A stretch of 32,908 nucleotides of DNA. Source: an uncultured virus (IMG/VR IMGVR_UViG_3300025010_000041). Taxonomy: Duplodnaviria; Heunggongvirae; Uroviricota; Caudoviricetes. Below the pieces are notes generated by a model. It was not told the origin of the DNA, searched no databases, and saw only the letters and a list, made by a program, of their open reading frames with translations. Shown here in pieces: positions 18,045-24,625 of the stretch. Both the position numbers and the translations under genes were made by a program. The stretch lies in IMG/VR virus record IMGVR_UViG_3300025010_000041; one strand, 5' to 3'. Position 1 is the first letter of the stretch. Each line of letters begins with the position of its first letter.

Positions 18045-18336
18045 CGAGAACCAGCACCGCTGGGCGATTGTCAAGCGCACCGCCACTGCCGGAAGCGTGC
18101 AGTTAGTCAACGTCTGCCAGGGACGGGTCTACTCGCGCCGCGACAACGCTCTGCGGGGGCTTGATGAACTGCGGCAGGAATGGGAAACCAACTGCCGCAA
18201 AGGTTACTACCTGCGTTCGCTTGCCGGTCAGTTCGATCAGCACCATTGGTTGATCGAAGTGCAAGCCGGACAGCGGATCGCAGAAGCGGTCAATCTAATT
18301 CCAGGACTGAGGCACAAAGAAACGAGGCGAAAATGA
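18037..18336 (+). CDS. hypothetical protein
   Basis: ATG 18037 overlapping the upstream gene end; stop overlaps the next ATG. Confidence 0.6.
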   Translation: MNDENQHRWAIVKRTATAGSVQLVNVCQGRVYSRRDNALRGLDELRQEWETNCRKGYYLRSLAGQFDQHHWLIEVQAGQRIAEAVNLIPGLRHKETRRK

Positions 18337-18869
18337 GTACAACTTCTCTCTTAGCAATTCCAAAGCGCGGCGAAATATACACCGTTGAAGAATATCGCAA
18401 CAGCCATTTGTGGGGCCCATTGGTTTGGGATAAATTGGCGACAGACTATTTGAAATGGCAGCGTTTCGGTATGGGTTTTGATCTGCAACCGGTCTGGAAC
18501 CTGTACAAAGCGCCTCCAAGCGTTTTTGACAATCGCCTGCGCCTGGCGCTGATGGCGACGTTTGATTGGGCAGTCTGTGAACGGAAAGACCTGCTGGCGC
18601 TGGCGGACGGTCTGGAATATTTCCATAAGCGGTATCCGGCAGAGCAAGTCGAATATAGCAGCCACTGCCTACGAATGGCATTTGATATTCGTAAACTCGC
18701 CAAAAAGAATATCTTTGGTATCTGCTGGCAGGGAACCAGCACTTGCGAGGATTTTTGGTATCTGGACAAAGAAGAACGCATGGCGAAACTTTCGGATATC
18801 CGGGCCGGAAGATTTGACCGTTTGTTTATTTTCAGCCCGGATAAAAAGTATTGGGAAGGTGAGGAATGA
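18333..18869 (+). CDS. hypothetical protein
   Basis: GAGG RBS and ATGA-coupled start at 18333; ATGA overlap at the end. Confidence 0.7.
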   Translation: MSTTSLLAIPKRGEIYTVEEYRNSHLWGPLVWDKLATDYLKWQRFGMGFDLQPVWNLYKAPPSVFDNRLRLALMATFDWAVCERKDLLALADGLEYFHKRYPAEQVEYSSHCLRMAFDIRKLAKKNIFGICWQGTSTCEDFWYLDKEERMAKLSDIRAGRFDRLFIFSPDKKYWEGEE

Positions 18870-19081
18870 TCTACGAGGAAGTCAACGGCATAATCATTGG
18901 CGGCGACACCTGGCCCTACGAATTTTGGATTACCCACCCTACCGGACACGTTTTGGCGGGTCTGCATGATCGGGTTGCACGCGGCCACTTTTCCTCAGAC
19001 GCCGAAGCGATTGACTGGTTCAAGAGTAACTACCCGGAGCAGTTTGCGGCGGGGGTAGAAATGCGAGTGTTTGACAGATGA
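18866..19081 (+). CDS. hypothetical protein
   Basis: ATGA-coupled, GGTGAGG upstream, 71 aa. Confidence 0.65.
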   Translation: MIYEEVNGIIIGGDTWPYEFWITHPTGHVLAGLHDRVARGHFSSDAEAIDWFKSNYPEQFAAGVEMRVFDR

Positions 19082-19247
19082 CGCGACACAGCGAAATTTA
19101 CCCCCTGGATGCCCACAGGAAGCCCGTAGCGACGTTTTACCGTGAAATAGGTAATTCCCCCATGAGTGAAGCGCAGTCAATCGCCAAAATCGGCTTGCGG
19201 GCAATCGGCGTTCTTGCTGGTAAACTCGCATACGCTATTCAAGAAAG

Positions 19248-19258
19248 TGTGGTAGAAT
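19248..19258 (+). promoter_or_regulatory. extended -10 promoter of the Y RNA cluster
   Basis: TGTGGTAGAAT; expected +1 (about 19265) coincides with the first base of Y RNA 1. Confidence 0.7.
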
Positions 19259-19264
19259 ATCTTT

Positions 19265-19328
19265 GTCGGCGGCGAATGAAACGGTTACTTCTTTTGGTGA
19301 AAAACACCGTTCCAGTCAGTTCCCCGAC
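19265..19328 (+). ncRNA. Y RNA-like 1 (minimal)
   Basis: 5' GTCGGCGGCGAA pairs with 3' TTCCCCGAC leaving bulged C residues (Ro60-binding-like stem); inner stem AACGGT/ACCGTT; TACTT motif; upstream of the TROVE gene. Confidence 0.75.
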
Positions 19329-19349
19329 GAATATTGCACCTTGAAATCA

Positions 19350-19432
19350 TTGGCGGCGAATGTAGCAGATACTTAGGCTCATATCCTGAATTGGCCCCGT
19401 GCCAATCAATTCTGCTGCAACTTGTTCCCCAA
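19350..19432 (+). ncRNA. Y RNA-like 2
   Basis: TTGGCGGCGAA / TTCCCCAA closing stem; TGTAGCAGA/TCTGCTGCA inner stem; TACTT then AGG-CTCATAT-CCT hairpin and TTGGC/GCCAA hairpin. Confidence 0.78.
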
Positions 19433-19446
19433 GTAGTTTATAAACA

Positions 19447-19577
19447 ATCGGCGGCGATAGAAACAGTTACTTCGGCTGTTAACCGGGTTGTTGCAGGTTC
19501 GAGTCCTGTCAGAACGGGAAACCGTTTTGTAGCTCAATTGGTAGAGCACCTACGTTCTGTTTCGCATGTTCCCCGAT
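19447..19577 (+). ncRNA. Y RNA-like 3, YrlA-type with permuted tRNA domain
   Basis: ATCGGCGGCGA / TTCCCCGAT closing stem; GAAACAG/CTGTTTC; T arm GCAGG-TTCGAGT-CCTGT precedes acceptor stem CAGAACGG-GAAA-CCGTTTTG and D arm GCTC-AATTGGTA-GAGC. Confidence 0.88.
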
Positions 19578-19591
19578 GAATGCAATCAAAG

Positions 19592-19627
19592 AAGCCTGGG
19601 GTTTGTCTCTCAGGCTTTTATTTTTTT
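19592..19627 (+). terminator. intrinsic terminator after Y RNA cluster
   Basis: AAGCCTG ... CAGGCTT stem followed by TTATTTTTTT. Confidence 0.8.
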
Positions 19628-19644
19628 AGACAGTGGAGGCACAA

Positions 19645-21069
19645 ATGTCAAGTACGAATGTCAAACGACCTGATACCCGTTTCTCAAATGATCGGCTGGC
19701 CGGCGGATACGGCGCGCTGGCGGCCACGCAAGACTCTCTGGCGCTCTTGCGCCGGGCGGTTCTCGCCAATCTGTTGTGGGAAAATATCGCCTACGAGGAC
19801 GGCGAGTCTGTAGTGGCGAATATCACCCGGCTTGTGCCGCTGTGCAAGCCCGAAGATGTGGCGACCCTGGCAATCGAGGCCCGCACCCAGCAGAAGTTGC
19901 GCCACGTGCCGTTGTTCCTGGCGCTGCAAATGGCCGAACACAAAACCCACCTGCCGCTTGTCGGGAGTCTGTTACCGAAGATTTGTCTGCGGCCCGATGA
20001 TCTGACTGAGTTCGTTGCGCTCTACTGGAAAGAGAAAAAGCGCCCGCTGGCAAAGCAGATCAAGATCGGCCTGGCGGCGGCTTTCCAGAAGTTTGACGCT
20101 TACCAGTTGGGCAAGTACAAAGCCGATGGCAAGACCGTCTCTCTGCGCGACGTGATGTTCCTGGTTCACCCGACCCCTGCGAACGACGCTCAGGCGGGAG
20201 TCTGGAAACAGTTTGCCGATCAGACTCTACCCGCTCCCGATACCTGGGAAGTGGCGCTCTCCACCGGCAAAGACAAGAAAGCCACCTGGGAGCGTCTGAT
20301 TTTGGAAAACAAGTTAGGCGGCTTGGCGTTCCTGCGCAACTTGAAGAACATGCAAGCGGCGGGAGTTTCTCGCACGACTCTGGCGCATGGGTTTACTCAT
20401 GTCAAAACCGGCTGGCTCTTACCGCTGGACTTTTTGAAGGCAGTCAAAATGGCTCCCGAATATGTGCGCGAGATCGAAACTATGATGCTGAATACGCTTC
20501 GGAATATGCCCAAGCTGACCGGGCGCACGATCATGGTGGTGGACGTTTCCGGCTCTATGGCGAGTAAGATTTCAGAGAAAAGCGATTTTACTCGCATGGA
20601 CGCGGCCCTGGCAATGGCGATGTTAGCCGCCGAAGTCTGCGAATCGGTTGCAATTTACGCCACCGCCGGCAGTGATAGAGACCGCCAGCACAACACGGCG
20701 AAAGTTTCCGCCTATCACGGTTTTGGGTTGATCGAGTCCATTATGGGCGTTGGGAAGCAATTGGGCGGCGGCGGTATCTTTACTCGCCAGTGCCTGGAAT
20801 ATATCAAAGAGCAAGAGAAAGAGACCCCAGACCGGGTTATTATTTTCTCCGACTCTCAGGACTGCGATTTCCCTGATAAGCGCACGCCGCGCCCGATTGG
20901 TGAGCGCAACTATATCTGTGACGTTTCAGCCAATGCGCACGGGGTCGCTTACAAGAGCGTTTGGTCGGCTGAGATTTCGGGCTTTAGCGAACACTTCCTG
21001 AGCTTCATCATGGCCCTGGAGGGCTTGCGGGTAGAAGTTGGAGCAGACGACGAATTGCAAACTCAATAG
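19645..21069 (+). CDS. Ro60/Rsr-like TROVE + vWA domain RNA-binding protein
   Basis: GGAGG RBS before ATG 19645; TROVE motifs LRHVP, RPDDLTE, FDAYQLGKY, LRDVMFLVHP, PDTWE, AFLRNL; vWA MIDAS VDVSGSM, GGGIF, IIFSDSQ. Confidence 0.92.
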   Translation: MSSTNVKRPDTRFSNDRLAGGYGALAATQDSLALLRRAVLANLLWENIAYEDGESVVANITRLVPLCKPEDVATLAIEARTQQKLRHVPLFLALQMAEHKTHLPLVGSLLPKICLRPDDLTEFVALYWKEKKRPLAKQIKIGLAAAFQKFDAYQLGKYKADGKTVSLRDVMFLVHPTPANDAQAGVWKQFADQTLPAPDTWEVALSTGKDKKATWERLILENKLGGLAFLRNLKNMQAAGVSRTTLAHGFTHVKTGWLLPLDFLKAVKMAPEYVREIETMMLNTLRNMPKLTGRTIMVVDVSGSMASKISEKSDFTRMDAALAMAMLAAEVCESVAIYATAGSDRDRQHNTAKVSAYHGFGLIESIMGVGKQLGGGGIFTRQCLEYIKEQEKETPDRVIIFSDSQDCDFPDKRTPRPIGERNYICDVSANAHGVAYKSVWSAEISGFSEHFLSFIMALEGLRVEVGADDELQTQ

Positions 21070-21082
21070 TTTTTCAAAACGG

Positions 21083-21118
21083 AAAGAGCGGGTCAGAATC
21101 AATCTGGCTCGCTCTTTT
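21083..21118 (+). terminator. intrinsic terminator after TROVE gene
   Basis: AAAGAGCGGGTCAGA / TCTGGCTCGCTCTTT stem ending in a T run. Confidence 0.7.
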
Positions 21119-21237
21119 GTATACGCTAATCAACCTTTTTGTGACATTCTCCTTAATACAATATGTATTAAGTAAAGTGCATAAAAACATTTTACTATAC
21201 GAAAGAAAAGCGGCGATTTTCGCCAGAAATGGGGAAT

Positions 21238-21330
21238 TGTGGTATACTAATATTGTCGAAGTGCAGTTCGGCACATGGTATAATCAACCCGTCCCCGCTA
21301 ATCTGCTGCACACAGATTAGCGGGGATTTT
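21238..21330 (+). promoter_or_regulatory. tandem extended -10 promoters and 14-bp leader hairpin of the Cas7-like gene
   Basis: TGTGGTATACT 21238-21248, TGGTATAAT 21276-21284, perfect stem TCCCCGCTAATCTG/CAGATTAGCGGGGA 21292-21326 followed by TTTT. Confidence 0.65.
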
Positions 21331-21349
21331 CGTAACTTAGGAGGTTCGC

Positions 21350-21925
21350 ATGTATGTCGTTTCAATCACGGTTAAGGGCGTTTGTCCGTTACTTCAAAAC
21401 CGCTTCCCCATGCCAGAGTTCGGAGACCTGAGCAAGGGCGGCAAGAAGTCAACCGGCTCTCCTGACTATTCGCAAGAATGGCGCAGCCACCTGTACGCGG
21501 CTGGTGGAAAGATTTACCAGCCGTCCAGCCACTTCGAGGGCGCGATTATCAAAGCCGGGGCCAGCTTCAAAATCCAGGGCAAGCGCGGCAAAACTTATCG
21601 CGACTTACTCGCCGCGTCTATCATCATTGATCCCGAACAGATTCCCCACAATATGGACGTTCCCGAAGAACTGGATGCTGACGCCGACAAGCCGCTTTAT
21701 CTGGACGTGCGCCCGGTGGTTATTCAGCGGGCGCGCATTGTGCGCGTGCGCCCGGCGTTCAAGGCGGGTTGGGAATTGTCTTTCGAGATCGCGGTCGGTG
21801 ACGACGAAATCCAGCCCGACTTACTCCAGGACATTCTGGCAATGGCAGGAAAAAGCATTGGTATTGGCGACTTTCGCCCACGGTTTGGCCGCTTCAATGT
21901 GATTAACTTCGCGGTTCACAAATAA
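21350..21925 (+). CDS. stand-alone Cas7/RAMP-like RNA-binding protein
   Basis: AGGAGG RBS; RAMP layout: N-terminal strand ITVKGVCPLL, IYQPSSHFEGAI (equivalent to YIPGSSxKG), RP..W.LSFEI strand, C-terminal Gly-rich loop GIGDFRPRFGRF; no other cas genes in the window. Confidence 0.75.
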   Translation: MYVVSITVKGVCPLLQNRFPMPEFGDLSKGGKKSTGSPDYSQEWRSHLYAAGGKIYQPSSHFEGAIIKAGASFKIQGKRGKTYRDLLAASIIIDPEQIPHNMDVPEELDADADKPLYLDVRPVVIQRARIVRVRPAFKAGWELSFEIAVGDDEIQPDLLQDILAMAGKSIGIGDFRPRFGRFNVINFAVHK

Positions 21926-22035
21926 CTTTGTGGCGAGGGCAAGGTCAGGTCAGGAACGGCGCGGTCTGGCGTGGCGCGGTCTGGTCTGGCACGGATCGGC
22001 CCGGCACGGTAAGGTATGGCACGGTATGGATTTTT
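21926..22035 (+). repeat. GG(Y/A)-NN pentamer array 1 (putative guide RNA)
   Basis: Leader CTTTGTGGCGAG, then 19 GGH triplets in exact 5-nt phase (21938-22030) separated by 18 variable dinucleotides, ending GGTATGGA-TTTTT. Confidence 0.9.
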
Positions 22036-22135
22036 CTTTGCGGAGCGGGCAAGGTAAGCCGTGGCACGGTAGGGTGAGGCGAGGCATGGCGTGGTACGGT
22101 CAGGTAAGGTAAGGTATGGTATGGCTAACTTTTTT
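22036..22135 (+). repeat. GG(Y)-NN pentamer array 2 (putative guide RNA)
   Basis: Leader CTTTGCGGAGCG, then 16 triplets (15 GGY, one GCC) in 5-nt phase (22048-22125) with 15 variable dinucleotides, ending GGTATGGC then a T run. Confidence 0.9.
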
Positions 22136-22411
22136 GAGTTAGAAAACTTTCCGGGGGTGAAATTTCCCTGGTTTTCTCGTATGAGTCTTAGCGCCTGGAT
22201 ACCGCTTAAGCAATATGTTTATCTGCGCGACGGTGGCAAATGTCGCTATTGCGAAAAACCTACACTCTACGAGGAAACTCACTGTCACCACGTTTTAGAG
22301 TTATCAGAGGGGGGCACTAACCATCCCTCGAATCTAAAGACGCTTTGCAAAACGTGTCATAAAAAGCGCCACCCGTTTATGCTATCAGTGAGGGACAAAC
22401 TAAAAAAATAA
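22121..22411 (+). CDS. HNH endonuclease
   Basis: RDGGKCRYC ... HCHHVLELSEGGTNHPSNLKTLCKTCHKKRH; likely start ATG 22121 in the last unit of array 2. Confidence 0.92.
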   Translation: MANFFELENFPGVKFPWFSRMSLSAWIPLKQYVYLRDGGKCRYCEKPTLYEETHCHHVLELSEGGTNHPSNLKTLCKTCHKKRHPFMLSVRDKLKK

Positions 22412-22497
22412 TGCTATAATACAAGTGTCGGGCCTACTGTAGAGTAGGCCAGTCACGCGGAAATTGACGCCCGTTGCGATAACGGACGTCTTTTTTT
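22412..22497 (+). promoter_or_regulatory. extended -10 promoter, structured leader and attenuator-like terminator of tail operon
   Basis: TGCTATAAT 22412-22420; GGCCTACT-GTAG-AGTAGGCC 22431-22450; CGCGGAAATTGACG 22456-22469; GACGCCCGTT/AACGGACGTC stem followed by T7. Confidence 0.7.
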
Positions 22498-22521
22498 GTT
22501 TACACACAAGGAAGGTTTGAA

Positions 22522-24060
22522 ATGACGAATAAAATCACGACCGACGAGATCGTCAGTCAGCGGCATAAACGGAATTTTCTCCAGTGGGGCGGCCCCTATC
22601 CCGGCAACCGCCTGACCTATGCCGGCGTAGACGGCCAGTATGCCGCGGTGGACGGCGTGACTGTCCCCGAAGCGGGCGGGATTGACCCGATCTGGGTGCC
22701 CAACCCGTTTGTCCCTGGGCGCTACCGCCTGGTAGGCCGCTCAATTACCCCGCCTGATCTGGCGTCTATGACTCTGATGCTGAAAGAAAAGCACCGCTTT
22801 ATCCCGAAGCAGTTGAAGCCGATCAAATGCCCGATCAACATTTACGAACCGACCGGCACCTGCAAGAACCCGTCCGACTTCTTGCGCGGCTGGTCGGATT
22901 ACGTGCTGATCTACTCCCTGGGCCTGGTCTCCGAAAAAGACTTGGGTACTCGCACCACCTGGGACAGTGACGATGCGATGGAAGATTCGCTCTCGTTGAC
23001 CCTGGTCTCGATCTACCCGATTGGCTCTCTGGCGTTCTGCCAGGAAGCGAGTTCGGAGATCGACCGGCAGGTGGTGGACGTGGTCTTTGGTTCGGTTGAG
23101 CAATGCTCAGGCTGCGGCGCTGAGGATGACGGCACAAAGCGGATTTACGCCGTCACCAAATCCAGCGGCGGCTCGCCCGGTTTGCCGTCCGAGATTGTCT
23201 ACTCGCTCGATGGCGGGTTGACCTGGTCTCAGGCCAATATCGACGGCATGACCGTTGCGGAAGATGCCCTGGCAATCGAAGTCGCCGGGCAGTATGTGAT
23301 TGTGATCGGCGCGGGCGCGGTCTACTACTCCGAGTTGAACGCAGAAACCGGCGTCCCCGGAACGTTCACCAAAGTCACTACCGGGATCGTTGATGCCGGC
23401 ACCCCCCGCGACCTGTATGTCGCTTCTCCGCGTGAAATCTGGATGTGCGGCGACGGCGGCTATGTCTACAAGTCAACCGACGTCACTGCCGGATTTACTG
23501 CCGTTCTGGACGGTGGCGTCTACACCGACGATCTGAAACGGATCAGCGGCGACGATGACGGCACGATTGTTGCTGTGGGCGCAAACGGGCAAATCCTGTA
23601 CTCGACCAATCGCGGCGCGACCTGGACGAGTTCGGCGACCACCCCGACTGCTGCCACCCTGCAAGCGATCAACGCCAAGTCCGACCGCCTGTGGTGGATC
23701 GGCACCGCCACCGGGCTGGTCTACTACACGCAAAATGGCGGCGCTTCCTGGTCGCAACTGACTTTCAGCGGATCGGGCACCGGTCAAATCTATGACATTG
23801 TGTCAGCCACCGAAGAAGTCATGTACATCGCCAAAGACGACGCCACCCCCACCGCTTCGATCCTGGCGAGTTGGAACGGCGGGCAGGACTGGACAACCAG
23901 CAGCCCCCGGATCGTAGGCTTACCGGTCTTTGACTCGCCCACCCGGCTGGCCGTTCCCGACGCCGAGCCCGGTACCGCCGCCAACACCCTGGCCGTGGGC
24001 GGGATCGCAGGCGACGCCACTGACGGCATTCTGCTGATCGCCGTCGCTGCCTCTCTGTAA
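22522..24060 (+). CDS. putative major tail (tube) protein with C-terminal BNR/Asp-box beta-propeller
   Basis: Directly upstream of chaperone and tape measure genes; capsid-like codon bias; Asp-boxes YSLDGGLTW, YSTNRGATW, YTQNGGASW, ASWNGGQDW. Confidence 0.7.
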   Translation: MTNKITTDEIVSQRHKRNFLQWGGPYPGNRLTYAGVDGQYAAVDGVTVPEAGGIDPIWVPNPFVPGRYRLVGRSITPPDLASMTLMLKEKHRFIPKQLKPIKCPINIYEPTGTCKNPSDFLRGWSDYVLIYSLGLVSEKDLGTRTTWDSDDAMEDSLSLTLVSIYPIGSLAFCQEASSEIDRQVVDVVFGSVEQCSGCGAEDDGTKRIYAVTKSSGGSPGLPSEIVYSLDGGLTWSQANIDGMTVAEDALAIEVAGQYVIVIGAGAVYYSELNAETGVPGTFTKVTTGIVDAGTPRDLYVASPREIWMCGDGGYVYKSTDVTAGFTAVLDGGVYTDDLKRISGDDDGTIVAVGANGQILYSTNRGATWTSSATTPTAATLQAINAKSDRLWWIGTATGLVYYTQNGGASWSQLTFSGSGTGQIYDIVSATEEVMYIAKDDATPTASILASWNGGQDWTTSSPRIVGLPVFDSPTRLAVPDAEPGTAANTLAVGGIAGDATDGILLIAVAASL

Positions 24061-24127
24061 CGAATAAGCGGGTGCCACCCTGTAAGTGACGCCCGTCAAT
24101 TGTAAAACTTGTTTTGAGGACTGAGAA

Positions 24128-24625
24128 ATGACCAAAGAAAACGAATTGACCCCGTTCCTGTTCAAAGATACCGGCAAGCTGGTACATATCCGCAAAGTGT
24201 CGCCCATGCTGGCGATGCAACTGCGGCGTGACTTCCCGCCTCCCCAACCCCCGCTGGTGCAGGTCTCGATTGGCGAGGATGACAAGCCCGTCTTAGAGTC
24301 CAACCCCGCCGACCCTGACTTCGCCCGCCAGTTGCAAGAGTACGACCTGGACTTCAACCAGAAGAGTCAATCGCTGATGATTAAGCGCGGCGTGTCAGTG
24401 ACCATGACCGCCGAAATCAAAGCCGAAATTGACGAATTGCGTGAGTTCTACCGCGCTGAGTACGCCAAAGAAATCTCCGTTGACGACCACACCCTGTATG
24501 TGACCATGATCTGTGTCGGTACCGGTGACGATCTGCAAGAGTTGATACAGGCGATTATGTCCCGCAGCCAACCCACGGAGGAAGCGGTCGCTCTGGCAAC
24601 TGCCACATTTCCAGGTAAGGTTTAG
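24128..24625 (+). CDS. tail assembly chaperone (lambda G-like position)
   Basis: GAGG RBS, 165 aa, between tail tube and tape measure genes. Confidence 0.7.
   Translation: MTKENELTPFLFKDTGKLVHIRKVSPMLAMQLRRDFPPPQPPLVQVSIGEDDKPVLESNPADPDFARQLQEYDLDFNQKSQSLMIKRGVSVTMTAEIKAEIDELREFYRAEYAKEISVDDHTLYVTMICVGTGDDLQELIQAIMSRSQPTEEAVALATATFPGKV

Noticed and set aside
19473..19550. Conventional tRNA-Asn gene
   Set aside because: Arms are in permuted order, the acceptor end is closed by a GAAA loop, there is no CCA, and it is embedded in a Y RNA stem.
19078..19813. ORFs 19078..19344, 19334..19579 and 19580..19813
   Set aside because: They overlap the Y RNA promoter, structured RNAs, terminator or TROVE gene and lack recognisable motifs; 19078 has an ATGA overlap, so it is not fully excluded.
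21117..21320. AT-rich stretch with short ORFs on both strands
   Set aside because: Lies between a terminator and promoters; no RBS, iterons or repeats seen, so neither a gene nor an origin can be supported.
21930..22112. 60-aa ORF MARARSGQERRGLAWRGLVWHG and the GTG 22091 extension of HNH
   Set aside because: Arg/Gly/Trp content is the by-product of translating the 5-nt repeat; the period is not a multiple of 3 and there is no RBS.
21926..22135. Canonical CRISPR array or simple microsatellite
   Set aside because: No 25-40 nt repeats with spacers; units vary only at two fixed positions and are organised in two units with shared leader and tail, unlike slippage repeats. Two-tier G-quadruplex formation is possible but does not explain the gapped match.
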